Shown: positions 52,477-62,082, counted from the first letter of the stretch. The stretch: DNA of 64,000 nt from Campylobacterota bacterium (GCA_030152305.1 JASKOM010000005.1:79620-143619), one strand, 5' to 3'. The notes: a model not told the origin generated them from the letters alone. Numbers and translations: made by a program.

Positions 52477-52561
52477 ATTCTTCGATTTGTTTAAGAAAAA
52501 TAGTTCCGTTATCTTCGAAGTCAAAAGTTAAAGTAACTGTATAATTGTTGTCTATTCGCAA
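52477..52561 (-). repeat. 85-bp duplicate of the 3' end of lipoprotein gene 55345..55926
   Basis: Matches 55347-55431 along its whole length, with no mismatch seen by hand alignment. Together the two copies bracket about 2.8 kb of accessory DNA. Confidence 0.85.
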
Positions 52562-52606
52562 ATTTAATATTTTTGGCTTGATCATCATCTCAAAGCAAAA
52601 CAAGTC

Positions 52607-52641
52607 ATCCCGAAGCGATAGCTCCTGTAATTTATTTCGGG
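52607..52641. repeat. CCCGAA/TTCGGG hairpin repeat copy
   Basis: GTCATCCCGAAGCGATAGCTCCTGTAATTTATTTCGGG, as in the 1-5 kb array. Confidence 0.75.
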
Positions 52642-52669
52642 CTCTTTTCTTTTTTCACGGAACTACGAA

Positions 52670-53413
52670 TTACAAAACCGTTCGCATTTTCCATTTAATT
52701 TGAATAAACTTGCCGTTTATCTCAATTCCAAAATCGCGACCAGATTCTGTTAATTTCCAAATTTTATTTTCTCGAATTTGAAAACCTTTGTGAGCTAATA
52801 TCAAATTAATTTCAACAGGCGATTTGTTAATCATTTTGCCAAGTTCGGTCGGCAGGAAAAATTGATTTTCGAGATCAATTTTGAATTTATCGAGAATCGA
52901 ATATCTAAAATTTGCTAAAAAATATTGCTCAAGTCGAAATAAATCAATCGGATTTGTATTTCGTAAATTTGCGAGTAAGTTTGTTGTTGCTATGAAGTTG
53001 TTATCGAGTTCGATAATTTTTTGTGTTGAATTTTCAATTTCTGGAAGTTGTAAGTTTTGAGTTTGTGGTTGAATAGTTTGCGATTTTAGGATTTCTTCAA
53101 TTGTCATATCGCACCAAACTGCAAAATCTGGAGAAAGCCAACGAGCAAAAGCAACTATTAAACTTTGATGAATCCATGTTCCTTGTTCATTAGGATTTCC
53201 ACCTTTACGAATTACCACTAAGCTGTCAATAGGCATTTTAGCCCATCGTGAAACTGCATTGATATATTCTTGAGTTTCTTTTGTTCTAAGCCAATCTTTT
53301 GGGACTTTGTTAAATTGTTTGGCTGTTAAAGAGGCATTTAAAAATAATTTTGTGTCATGTTATTGAGAATATATAATGTGAAAATCGTTATAACCTTTAG
53401 ATATAATTTCCAT
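52670..53413 (-). pseudogene. Antirepressor: KilA-N domain + constant-type C-terminal module, with an in-frame TAA at codon 18
   Basis: Hand translation from ATG 53413 gives MEIISKGYNDFHIIYSQ*HDTKLFLNASLTAKQFNKVPKDWLRTKETQEYINAVSRWAKMPIDSLVVIRKGGNPNEQGTWIHQSLIVAFARWLSPDFAVW (KilA-N pattern). The stop is at 53360-53362. The C-terminus is homologous to the array constant module. Confidence 0.7.
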
Positions 53414-53502
53414 AGATTAATCCCTTTGATGTAAAAAGTTTGTTGCAATAGAATTATATATCTTTTGGGGATTAATTACAATTATATTGTAGATATAAAG
53501 TA

Positions 53503-53835
53503 TTAATATGTCATGGCAAAAACACTTTCATTAAATTTTTTAAAATTATTAATTATTTGCTGTTGATGATTAAATTTAATCATTAAGTCAAAAAATACTT
53601 TTGCATAATCTGGCAATTCTCCTGTTGAACTCCAATTTCTGATAGTTTGTGCTTTAAATTTTGTTCTTTCCGCCAATTCTTTTTGAGTAATGCCCAATTC
53701 TCGACAAGTTTTTTTAACTAAGTTTTCTTCTTTGTCTTTTTCGGTTTTCTCGACTTCGCTCAAGTTTAGTCCTTTTTGATTAATTTGATTTTTCGTAATT
53801 TTAATATTTTTGGTTTGATCATCATCCCGAAACAA
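53503..53835 (-). CDS. Cro/CI-type HTH regulator, cassette 6 (N-terminus uncertain)
   Basis: Contains ENLVKKTCRELGITQKELAE, then a variable helix and tail. The first ~40 codons read through repeat DNA. Confidence 0.55.
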   Translation of the reverse strand: MFRDDDQTKNIKITKNQINQKGLNLSEVEKTEKDKEENLVKKTCRELGITQKELAERTKFKAQTIRNWSSTGELPDYAKVFFDLMIKFNHQQQIINNFKKFNESVFAMTY

Positions 53836-53912
53836 AACATCCCGAACTCGTTTCAGGATCTAATTAATTTGAAATATTTGAATTGCTATTTTTGTGTGAA
53901 GTTTAATATAAG

Positions 53913-54098
53913 TTATGAGGAGTGTTTAGCACTCGGTTTTTCTTCCTGCTGTCTTCTAGTTAATATTACTTCCACTTCTTCTACTGTGATCAATTCCAAA
54001 AATTTTATTATATTTTTTCTATAATCATTTCGTTTTTTCCAGTCGTATAAAGTTGAATTTGGAATAATAAACTTCTCTTTAATTTCGTGATCTTTCAT
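53913..54098 (-). CDS. Small putative DNA-binding protein
   Basis: The IPNSTLYDWKKRN motif resembles small HTH/excisionase-like regulators. Weak evidence. Confidence 0.35.
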   Translation of the reverse strand: MKDHEIKEKFIIPNSTLYDWKKRNDYRKNIIKFLELITVEEVEVILTRRQQEEKPSAKHSS

Positions 54099-54207
54099 AA
54101 AATACCTTATTGCATAATCTTTCGATATTTTATCCGAAAATCAGATACTTGACTATTGTCCGAATTTCGGATAAAATTTTGAGTGAATTTTAAATTAAAG
54201 GAACTAA

Positions 54208-55243
54208 ATGATAAATGGATTATCTTTATTCTCAAATGTAGGCATAGGAGAAACATATTTTAAAGAAGTTGGCATCAATATAGTTGTTGCTAATGAGCTG
54301 ATACCTAAAAGAGCAGAATTTTATAAACACATACACAATGAAACAAATATGATTCAAGGAGATATAACCAATGAACATATTTTTAATACTGTTATAGATC
54401 AAGCAAAAAAAATTAAAGTGCGAATTTTTAGTTGCTACTCCTCCTTGTCAATCATTTTCTGTTGCTGGTAAAATGCAAAAAGATGATCCTCGAAGTTTAT
54501 TAATAATCCAAGTGGTTAGAGCAATAAAAGAATTACAGCCTGAATATGCAATTATTGAAAATGTTATAGGAATGCCAAAAGCTGAAATAAATGTAGATGG
54601 TGAATTAATAGTAATCGCTGAATATATCAAAAGAGAGTTAAAGGCTTATTTTATTAACTCTCAAAATGTTGATTTTGCTGATTACGGAATTCCACAACAT
54701 AGAAAACGAAACATTACATTATTATCTAAATCTCAAAAATGGGAATTTCCTATAAAAGAAAAACATGTAACAGTAAAAGAGGCAATTGATCATTTACCAT
54801 CTTTAGAATCATGTGAAAAATCTGATATTAAATGGCATGTTGCAAAAAAACATAATGACGACCATATTTTATGGTTAAAACATACCCCAACAGGTAAAAC
54901 AGCATTTGACAATATTGTTCATTATCCAAAAAAAGATGGCAGAAAAATTAAAGGTTTTTCAACGACATATAAAAGAATGGATGCTGATAAACCAGCACCA
55001 ACTATAACAATGGCAAATGGTTCTATTTCAAGTCAAAATAATGTTCATTATGGAAGATTAAAGCAAGATGGAACATATTCAGATGCAAGAGTTTTAACAA
55101 TTAGAGAGCTACTTATTTTAACTACTTTGCCCGAAGACTGGAATATTCCAGATTGGGCAACTGATAATTTAATCCGTGAAGTAATTGGAGAAGCTGTTCC
55201 GCCACTGTTTTTTAAAAAGGTTTTAGCAAAACTAATAAATTAA
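54208..55243 (+). pseudogene. DNA (cytosine-5) methyltransferase, frameshifted in an A8 tract (54405-54412)
   Basis: Frame 1 gives motif I (LSLFSNVGIGE). Frame 2 gives LVATPPCQSFSVAG (motif IV), then AIIENV (motif VI). With A7 the protein would read ..IDQAKKLKCEFLVATPPCQSFS.. Confidence 0.8.
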
Positions 55244-55303
55244 CAACCTGCTTTATTAAATTGAAGCCCATGATAGGCTTCACCTTTCCCGAATTCATTT
55301 CGG

Positions 55304-55340
55304 GATCTAATTAATTTGAAATATTTGAATTGTTATTTTT
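55304..55340. repeat. 37-bp direct repeat GATCTAATTAATTTGAAATATTTGAATTG(C/T)TATTTTT (other copy 53857-53893)
   Basis: Read directly. Each copy follows a CCCGAA-type hairpin. The pair brackets the small-HTH + methyltransferase module. Confidence 0.8.
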
Positions 55341-55344
55341 AGTT

Positions 55345-55926
55345 TTATTCTTCGATTTGTTTAAGAAAAATAGTTCCGTTATCTTCGAAGTCAAAAGTTA
55401 AAGTAACTGTATAATTGTTGTCTATTCGCAAGTCTAAATTTTCTTGCAAATCTTGATCATAAACTTTAAATTCTAATTCGTTGTAAGCAAGATATTTATC
55501 ATTTGAAGTTTTTGTAATTAAAGGCTCTTCCTTAAAATTAAATACTCCATCAATAATTGTATGTGTTCTGAAAGTTAAAGTAAAAGGTTCAAAATGTTGC
55601 TCTTTTGAAATAATTTCATCTAATGTAAATTCATCTCCGTCTTCAGAATGTGGGGTTACTTGTCCAGTAACTTTATATTTATAGCCCCATTGATACGGTA
55701 AGTTTTCTATTGAATAAGCATGAATAGATTGATCAACAAATTTGTATGCAAATTTATATCTATCTTTACTTTCCATTAACCAAGCCATCATTGGTATTCG
55801 ATAATAATCAATTATGTATTCACTTTGACTTATAACAGAGTTGTTGACATCTGTTGTTGGATTGTTTTCATTGCCACATCCTCCAAAAAGGAGGAATGTT
55901 GCTATTAAAAATAGCCGTTTGATCAT
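55345..55926 (-). CDS. Lipoprotein
   Basis: Lipobox LFGGCGN. It directly abuts the protease gene stop. Confidence 0.6.
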   Translation of the reverse strand: MIKRLFLIATFLLFGGCGNENNPTTDVNNSVISQSEYIIDYYRIPMMAWLMESKDRYKFAYKFVDQSIHAYSIENLPYQWGYKYKVTGQVTPHSEDGDEFTLDEIISKEQHFEPFTLTFRTHTIIDGVFNFKEEPLITKTSNDKYLAYNELEFKVYDQDLQENLDLRIDNNYTVTLTFDFEDNGTIFLKQIEE

Positions 55927-57258
55927 TTATTGAACTTTTACAATAGATATATATTTAATGGAATTATTACCGTCGATAATATCATCGGCTATAATCTCTT
56001 CAACCTCTGAAATATCTTCTACAACTGGTTGAACTGGTACAGACAAAGATTTTACTCTTCTAATATTTATATCTGTATTTGTTGTGCCAGATATAATTTT
56101 TTGAGATTCAGTATTGTCTCCAGAAAAATAGTTACGATTTTTCTTATCCTCATCATCTGTATGAATATACCCACTAGCTAAACTTTTTGAAAAACCACTT
56201 CCAGCAAATACTCCATATTGAATACCTAAAGTTGGAAACGATGTCATTGAACTGCTTTGATTTGTTGAATCAAATAGACAAAAATGCATATACGTATTAC
56301 CGTCATTAACATTTGGAGATGCATTAGCTGACATATAATTTTTATTTTGTGTATTTTCATTATCGAACTTTCGTATTAAAGTTTTTGAACCATTAGGACA
56401 AACCTTACCTAATTTCAAAACAGCATACGGCTCTTTAGGATATAAAGGTTTAAATTGTGCTCCTTTAACTTTACAGAATTTAAAAGTAGTATTGCTTGAA
56501 GATTCAATAGCTCCAATCCAGCCATTTTGACTATTTTTATTGCGACTATCTTCATCATCCATATGTATAGTTACTAACTCGCTATTTGATGGACAGCTAC
56601 TTGTAGCTGGAATAACTCCTATATGTGAGTTATACATTTGATTAATAGTTTCTATATCTCCTTGACTTAAATCAAAGAACTTTTGACCGTACTTGCCATT
56701 TCTTTCAGGATGGCAATAATGCATTATTGACATAACATCATAAGATCCAACTGTAGTATCCCCATAAGTGCCACTTTTAGCACATGTGCTAGATGTATCA
56801 TCTCTGTTTTGTTCATGAGCTATTCCTAGTGCATGTCCAAATTCATGAACAGCACTATTTCTGATACATGTTTCTTCGCTTCCTTGACATTGATCCTTTC
56901 TAAAATTATTAAAGGTAAAATTTAATATTAATCCAGGATTATTATCCAATGTTTGAGTCCCTAAACCTGTTGTTACAGGATTTTCATCAGCTATCTGAAT
57001 CCTAATATCAGCTCCATTTTTATCACAATCTTTCCAACCTATAAAATCAATTACAGAGTTGGCTTCCCAACTTTTTTCAACGGTATCTTTAACCCAACTT
57101 TTTTCAGTTGTAAATCCTGTTGTGTTCCAACAAACAGAAATTTGATTTTTATTCCATAATGCTGTTGATATATAAAACCCTTTTAAGGTTTGCTCACCCG
57201 CAGACAATTCACTAATGCTTAAAAGCGATAAAACCGCTAAGCTAGTTTTTATTTTCAT
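55927..57258 (-). CDS. Secreted astacin-like (M12A) zinc metalloprotease
   Basis: Signal peptide, the extended zinc motif HEFGHALGIAHEQNRDD, and the Met-turn SIMHY. Confidence 0.75.
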   Translation of the reverse strand: MKIKTSLAVLSLLSISELSAGEQTLKGFYISTALWNKNQISVCWNTTGFTTEKSWVKDTVEKSWEANSVIDFIGWKDCDKNGADIRIQIADENPVTTGLGTQTLDNNPGLILNFTFNNFRKDQCQGSEETCIRNSAVHEFGHALGIAHEQNRDDTSSTCAKSGTYGDTTVGSYDVMSIMHYCHPERNGKYGQKFFDLSQGDIETINQMYNSHIGVIPATSSCPSNSELVTIHMDDEDSRNKNSQNGWIGAIESSSNTTFKFCKVKGAQFKPLYPKEPYAVLKLGKVCPNGSKTLIRKFDNENTQNKNYMSANASPNVNDGNTYMHFCLFDSTNQSSSMTSFPTLGIQYGVFAGSGFSKSLASGYIHTDDEDKKNRNYFSGDNTESQKIISGTTNTDINIRRVKSLSVPVQPVVEDISEVEEIIADDIIDGNNSIKYISIVKVQ

Positions 57259-57312
57259 AAAACCTCCATAAATTAATTGTTTATGTTAATTAAACAGCTT
57301 GAAAGTATATTA

Positions 57313-57322
57313 CCCCCCCCCC
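57313..57322. promoter_or_regulatory. C10 (G10 on the coding strand) homopolymeric tract about 55 bp upstream of the protease start
   Basis: Read directly as TTACCCCCCCCCCTTAAG. It is the only long G/C run in the window. Confidence 0.6.
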
Positions 57323-57454
57323 TTAAGAATAGTTTAAGTTAGACAAATAAAATATTATGTTTTTCATAAGTTATAGAAATATTGTTATATTTTGCATGTT
57401 AAGATAATGTTTTTATGTTAATTATGTTTATATTTTATTTATCTTTATAAGTTC

Positions 57455-58252
57455 TCACACGGCAATAAAATTAGGATTATGTAAATCTTCTTTATTATAA
57501 ATAACCCTTTTTAATTTATCCGAACGATTTATATATTCGATTGGTTCAATTTCGTTTTCATATCGATAAATATCTCGTCCAGTTTCTAATAAAATTATAT
57601 GTGCTGAAGCCGTGTCCCATTCCATTGTTGGAGCAATTCGTGGATATAAATCTCGTTTGCCTTCCGCCAAAAGACATAGTTTTAAACTGCTTCCCCGCGA
57701 TGAAAGAGAAACTTGTTGAAATTCGTGTTCTAAATTTTTAATAAATTCTTCTGTTTTTTTATTCCACCAAGTTCGACTTGTTACGATTTTTAATTTTTCT
57801 CGTCCAAATTTTGAACATTTAGGAAGTTTGACACCGTTTTTATATGCTCCAAAACCTTTTTTTGCATAATAAGTTTCGCCACTAATTGGAATATTTACAA
57901 CTCCAAATATAGGTTCGCCGTGATAAATTAAAGCAATATTTACAGTAAATTCTCCAATTTGTTTAACGAATTCGCGAGTGCCATCAAGAGGATCAACAAG
58001 CCAGAAATATTCCCAATTTTTGCGAATTTCATAACTTGCGATATTGCCTTCTTCAGACAATATGGGTATATCAGGATATAATTTTTTTAGATTATTAAAT
58101 ATAAATTCATGAGCGGTTCGATCAGCATCAGTAATTGGCGAACCGTCATTTTTTGTATCAACTTTAAATTGCGAGTAATAAAATTTCATGATTTTACCAC
58201 CAGCAATTTCAGCTATATTTATAATTTCCTCAACTTTAATTGAGGCTAACAT
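57455..58252 (-). CDS. cysQ: 3'(2'),5'-bisphosphate nucleotidase / inositol-monophosphatase family
   Basis: WLVDPLDGTREF and WDTASAH motifs. Confidence 0.75.
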   Translation of the reverse strand: MLASIKVEEIINIAEIAGGKIMKFYYSQFKVDTKNDGSPITDADRTAHEFIFNNLKKLYPDIPILSEEGNIASYEIRKNWEYFWLVDPLDGTREFVKQIGEFTVNIALIYHGEPIFGVVNIPISGETYYAKKGFGAYKNGVKLPKCSKFGREKLKIVTSRTWWNKKTEEFIKNLEHEFQQVSLSSRGSSLKLCLLAEGKRDLYPRIAPTMEWDTASAHIILLETGRDIYRYENEIEPIEYINRSDKLKRVIYNKEDLHNPNFIAV

Positions 58253-58942
58253 CTATTTAATTCTTTCTATCATCGAAACAATAAAATCAGCACTTTGTTT
58301 AGCCGAAGAGATTAAAAACGAATCGAAATCGAAACCTGCGACCTCATCAGCCGAATCACTAATTGCTCTCAAAACAAAAAACGGAATTCCGAGCGATTCG
58401 CAAACAACAGCAACAGATCCACCTTCCATTTCGATAGCATCGGCATCAAAATGTTTTTTTATCCAATCTTTTCGATTTTTGTCAGCAATAAATTGATCAC
58501 CAGTTGCGATAATTCCAGTAAATAAATTTACATTTAAATCTTTTGCGACCTCATCAGCGATTTTATTTAAATTTTCATCGCTATAAATAAATCTTGAACC
58601 TTCAGGAACATAACCAAATGGATGACCAAAAGTCGAAATATCTAAATCGTGTTGGCACAACGAAGAAGCTCGAATTAAATCACCGATTTTCAAATTTGGA
58701 TTTAAGCCACCTGCAACACCGCTAAATAATAATTTTTCGATGCCAAATTTTTCGATCATAACTGAAGCCGTTAATGACGAAAAAACTTTACCAATTTTGC
58801 TATAAGCAATTACAACATCGTTATCAGCGATTTTTCCGAAATAATAAATATTTTTGCCATATTGAACAAATTTATCAGCATTTGCTAATTTTAAAATTGG
58901 TTCGATTTCTTCTCGCATTGCACCTAATATGCCTATTTTCAT
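58253..58942 (-). CDS. mtnN: 5'-methylthioadenosine/S-adenosylhomocysteine nucleosidase
   Basis: MKIGILGAMREEI, GVAGGL and EMEGGSVA. Confidence 0.85.
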   Translation of the reverse strand: MKIGILGAMREEIEPILKLANADKFVQYGKNIYYFGKIADNDVVIAYSKIGKVFSSLTASVMIEKFGIEKLLFSGVAGGLNPNLKIGDLIRASSLCQHDLDISTFGHPFGYVPEGSRFIYSDENLNKIADEVAKDLNVNLFTGIIATGDQFIADKNRKDWIKKHFDADAIEMEGGSVAVVCESLGIPFFVLRAISDSADEVAGFDFDSFLISSAKQSADFIVSMIERIK

Positions 58943-61425
58943 TGTCTCACCTCTGGGATATTTTCAGCTATTTTAACATTGAAATCAAAAAAATCAGAAT
59001 AGAAAAGTTCATTGTCGAACTTTTTAAATAAGACAGATCCAGCTTCGAAATTCTTAGCTTCTAAATATAATAAGCCTAAAGCATATCGAGTTTCGAGATT
59101 CATTCGGTTGCTTAATCGTGCAAGTTCAAACAATGCAACGGCATTCGCATAATGTTTAGAAGCAATTGCCGAAGTTCCAGCTAAAAACATTGTTCTTGAA
59201 TCTTTTACACCGAAATCATCGATTAATTTATTATAAAGCTGATAAGCATCTTCGAATTTTTGATTCATAAAATATGTGTATGCAAGTGCCTGAATTACAC
59301 CTTCGCGGTTATTTTTTTCAGTCATGTAATGTCGTTTTAAACGATTTTCGAGATCTTGCAAACTGCCTGTTAATAAAGCAAATTTGATCCACATTTCTTG
59401 AGCAATTCTTGCACCATAATAAAAATCATAAATTGGAACTGAACGACTTTGAAAATATGAAATTGTCTCTTTTGAGAATTTTTTTACATCACCATTACCG
59501 TAATTCGAATATAAAAAAAGCATATGTGGAAGAAGTTCATTTGGAAGTTTGCTAACGATCATTCTTGCGATTTTTTTATTTTCGTCGGCATTTTTGCCAT
59601 TTTTTTCTAGGATATTCGTAATAATATAAGAAAATCCTAAATTAAAAATATCGGTTTTATCGGTGCTGTCTAATTCGTTAAACCAATCTTGCATTCCACC
59701 GTAGCTATTATTATGAAAATGCAAAATTGCTTCATATAAACTTTTATCTTTGCTCTCTGGTTCTACTGTTAAATTTTCTCGAAGAACTTCACCTAATTTT
59801 TCGTTATCTTCACCGATGAGGTCGCCAGTCATGATTGCAAAAACACCAGATAAATAATCTCGAGAATTTAAATGAAAACTCTTTTTAAAATGTTCGTGAC
59901 TATTTTTAAAATCGCCTAATTGTGCATAACTTAAGCCTAAATTATAATGCAAAACGGCATGTTTCGGATTATTTAATTCGACTTCTTTTAATATTTTATT
60001 GCCGATTCGAAGTCGTCTATTTAATATTTCACGAACTGCAAGAACAATATTTTTATTAACATCAGAACTTTTTGCACCTTCGATTAAATAGCCAGTTGCT
60101 TCGTCATTATCGCCAACAGAAATATTTGCACTTCCTTTTCGAATCATATTAATACTTTGTTTTGCATCAAATATTTTATATGGAGCAAAATAAAATAATA
60201 GTTGATAATTAACAGGCTTAGAAAACTGCAACTCTTTTTGAAACTGTCGTTGAGCTTTTTGAACATCAAAAACACTTTCTTGAATGGACGGTAAAACGGC
60301 ATATGAATTATTTAATTTATCTTTATATTTGGACCATAAATTACCCAAAAGTCTGCCAGTTTCACCAACTGCACCATCTTTAAGAGCAATCAACGAATCA
60401 GCATATTTTAATTTCATTAAATCAGGATTATCATCTTCGAATTTTCTTAATTCTAATGCTCTAGCTATCGAATCTCGAGCCTGTTTTAATTCGCCCATAT
60501 TTGCATAAATTAAACCTAAATTTCCAACATCGCTATTATCGATAGTTCGTTCAAGAGCTGAAGCACTGCCGACATAATTTTCAAATAATAAATTAACTCG
60601 ACTTTCCATCATGTTTTGTTCTTCTGGAAAATAATTAGAACTTCGATGTTTTAACGGTGAAAAAGTTTCGAAATAATTACCACGATAAAATTGAATTAAT
60701 GAATAATAATAGCTATATAACGGAGAATCGAGTTCGTTTGGCAAATGCTGATAAGCGAGATCTAAATAGGCTTTTTCACTAGCTGTATCGTTTAATTCTT
60801 TGCTACAAACGGCTGCATTAATTGCACTTGGAGTAATATGTTCATGATTTTGTATCGCTTTGTCAAAAGCTTCAATTGCTTCTTGAAATTGACCTTTTTT
60901 TGCTCGAGCAACTCCTAAATTATAATAAGACAAAGATGCATTATATGTCGCAATTCGACCGTAAATTTTTAAAGCTTCGTTTTTTGCACCTTCGCTATAT
61001 AATAAATTTGCCTTTTTAACAAGTTCTTCAACTTGAGATTCTTTTAATGGTTGCGGAGCCTGTCGTTTAAAATTAAAATCTTTAAACTCTTCGATCTGAT
61101 GTTGTTCGACTTCAACAGTTTGTAAATCATCATCTCGATTAAAAAAAATTAATAAAATTAATAAAATTAATAAAACAGCAACCGCTGAAATACCAGAAAG
61201 AGCATAATTAGTAAATTTGTCTTTATTAGTTTCGTAATGTTTAAGAAGTTTTTCTTTATGTTCTTGAATAAGAACTTTTGGATTTGGAATCGAAATATTT
61301 AAACTATCTTTTAAATTTTTTCGTCTTTGTTTTTCTTGAATTTCCTTTTCGGATAATTCGCCTTCTTTTAAAACGATTTGTTCGTCAATATCGTTTATCG
61401 CTTGTTCAATGTTTTTTTGTGCCAT
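58939..61425 (-). CDS. Large membrane-anchored TPR-repeat protein
   Basis: One TM segment (AVAVLLILLILLIFF) and multiple TPR-like units. Confidence 0.65.
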   Translation of the reverse strand: MAQKNIEQAINDIDEQIVLKEGELSEKEIQEKQRRKNLKDSLNISIPNPKVLIQEHKEKLLKHYETNKDKFTNYALSGISAVAVLLILLILLIFFNRDDDLQTVEVEQHQIEEFKDFNFKRQAPQPLKESQVEELVKKANLLYSEGAKNEALKIYGRIATYNASLSYYNLGVARAKKGQFQEAIEAFDKAIQNHEHITPSAINAAVCSKELNDTASEKAYLDLAYQHLPNELDSPLYSYYYSLIQFYRGNYFETFSPLKHRSSNYFPEEQNMMESRVNLLFENYVGSASALERTIDNSDVGNLGLIYANMGELKQARDSIARALELRKFEDDNPDLMKLKYADSLIALKDGAVGETGRLLGNLWSKYKDKLNNSYAVLPSIQESVFDVQKAQRQFQKELQFSKPVNYQLLFYFAPYKIFDAKQSINMIRKGSANISVGDNDEATGYLIEGAKSSDVNKNIVLAVREILNRRLRIGNKILKEVELNNPKHAVLHYNLGLSYAQLGDFKNSHEHFKKSFHLNSRDYLSGVFAIMTGDLIGEDNEKLGEVLRENLTVEPESKDKSLYEAILHFHNNSYGGMQDWFNELDSTDKTDIFNLGFSYIITNILEKNGKNADENKKIARMIVSKLPNELLPHMLFLYSNYGNGDVKKFSKETISYFQSRSVPIYDFYYGARIAQEMWIKFALLTGSLQDLENRLKRHYMTEKNNREGVIQALAYTYFMNQKFEDAYQLYNKLIDDFGVKDSRTMFLAGTSAIASKHYANAVALFELARLSNRMNLETRYALGLLYLEAKNFEAGSVLFKKFDNELFYSDFFDFNVKIAENIPEVRQ

Positions 61426-61575
61426 TATTTGTTATCTTTCAAAAATATAAAATTTGACATATTATCGATAGTTCAACTAAACTAAACAAAGAAAATATGA
61501 AGATTCTGTATGAAATTAGATTTCAACAAAGAGTTTATGTTTCACCTGTAATATATATAAATTTTTTAGAAAAAG

Positions 61576-62058
61576 TTAAAATATTTTGTCAGAAATCACA
61601 TCATCAATATTGACGAATTGTTCACAGTTTTTTCCTTGAAGTTCGATACAAATATTTTGCCATTCATTCGAATGACTATTTTCATTATCTGTAAAATCAC
61701 TTTTTGCTAATATAACGGCATGAGCAAATTCGTGAGGTAACACAGTTGATAAAATATATTCGAAGCTTTCTCTAAACATTTTTCTATTTAAAATAATATA
61801 TATATCGCCACGATTATATATCGTAACACCATATAAATTATCTGGCAAGTTTTCTATTTTAACTGGAACAGGCAAATAAATATCATAACTCGATAAGGTT
61901 CGGCTTATAAGTTCATCTCGTTTTTGATCTATTGCCAACCTCATCGATTTGTCAAGAGGAAAATTATTAAACTCCCAAGTTATATATAAATTATGAATTA
62001 TAAAAATAGTTCCACTTATAATCATAAATAAAAAAATAAATTTTAATTGTTGTTTCAT
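61576..62058 (-). CDS. Putative zinc metallopeptidase (HExxH, SprT-like)
   Basis: N-terminal TM segment, then PHEFAHAVI...HSNEWQ. Confidence 0.45.
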   Translation of the reverse strand: MKQQLKFIFLFMIISGTIFIIHNLYITWEFNNFPLDKSMRLAIDQKRDELISRTLSSYDIYLPVPVKIENLPDNLYGVTIYNRGDIYIILNRKMFRESFEYILSTVLPHEFAHAVILAKSDFTDNENSHSNEWQNICIELQGKNCEQFVNIDDVISDKIF

Positions 62059-62082
62059 GTGTTTATTTAATATTTATAAAAA

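Noticed and set aside
44868-53362. Two in-frame TAA codons as evidence for stop-codon reassignment or programmed read-through
   Set aside because: TAA is the ordinary terminator of many intact genes in this window (for example the R-M methylase and the lipoprotein gene). Only two accessory genes are affected, so nonsense mutations are far more likely.
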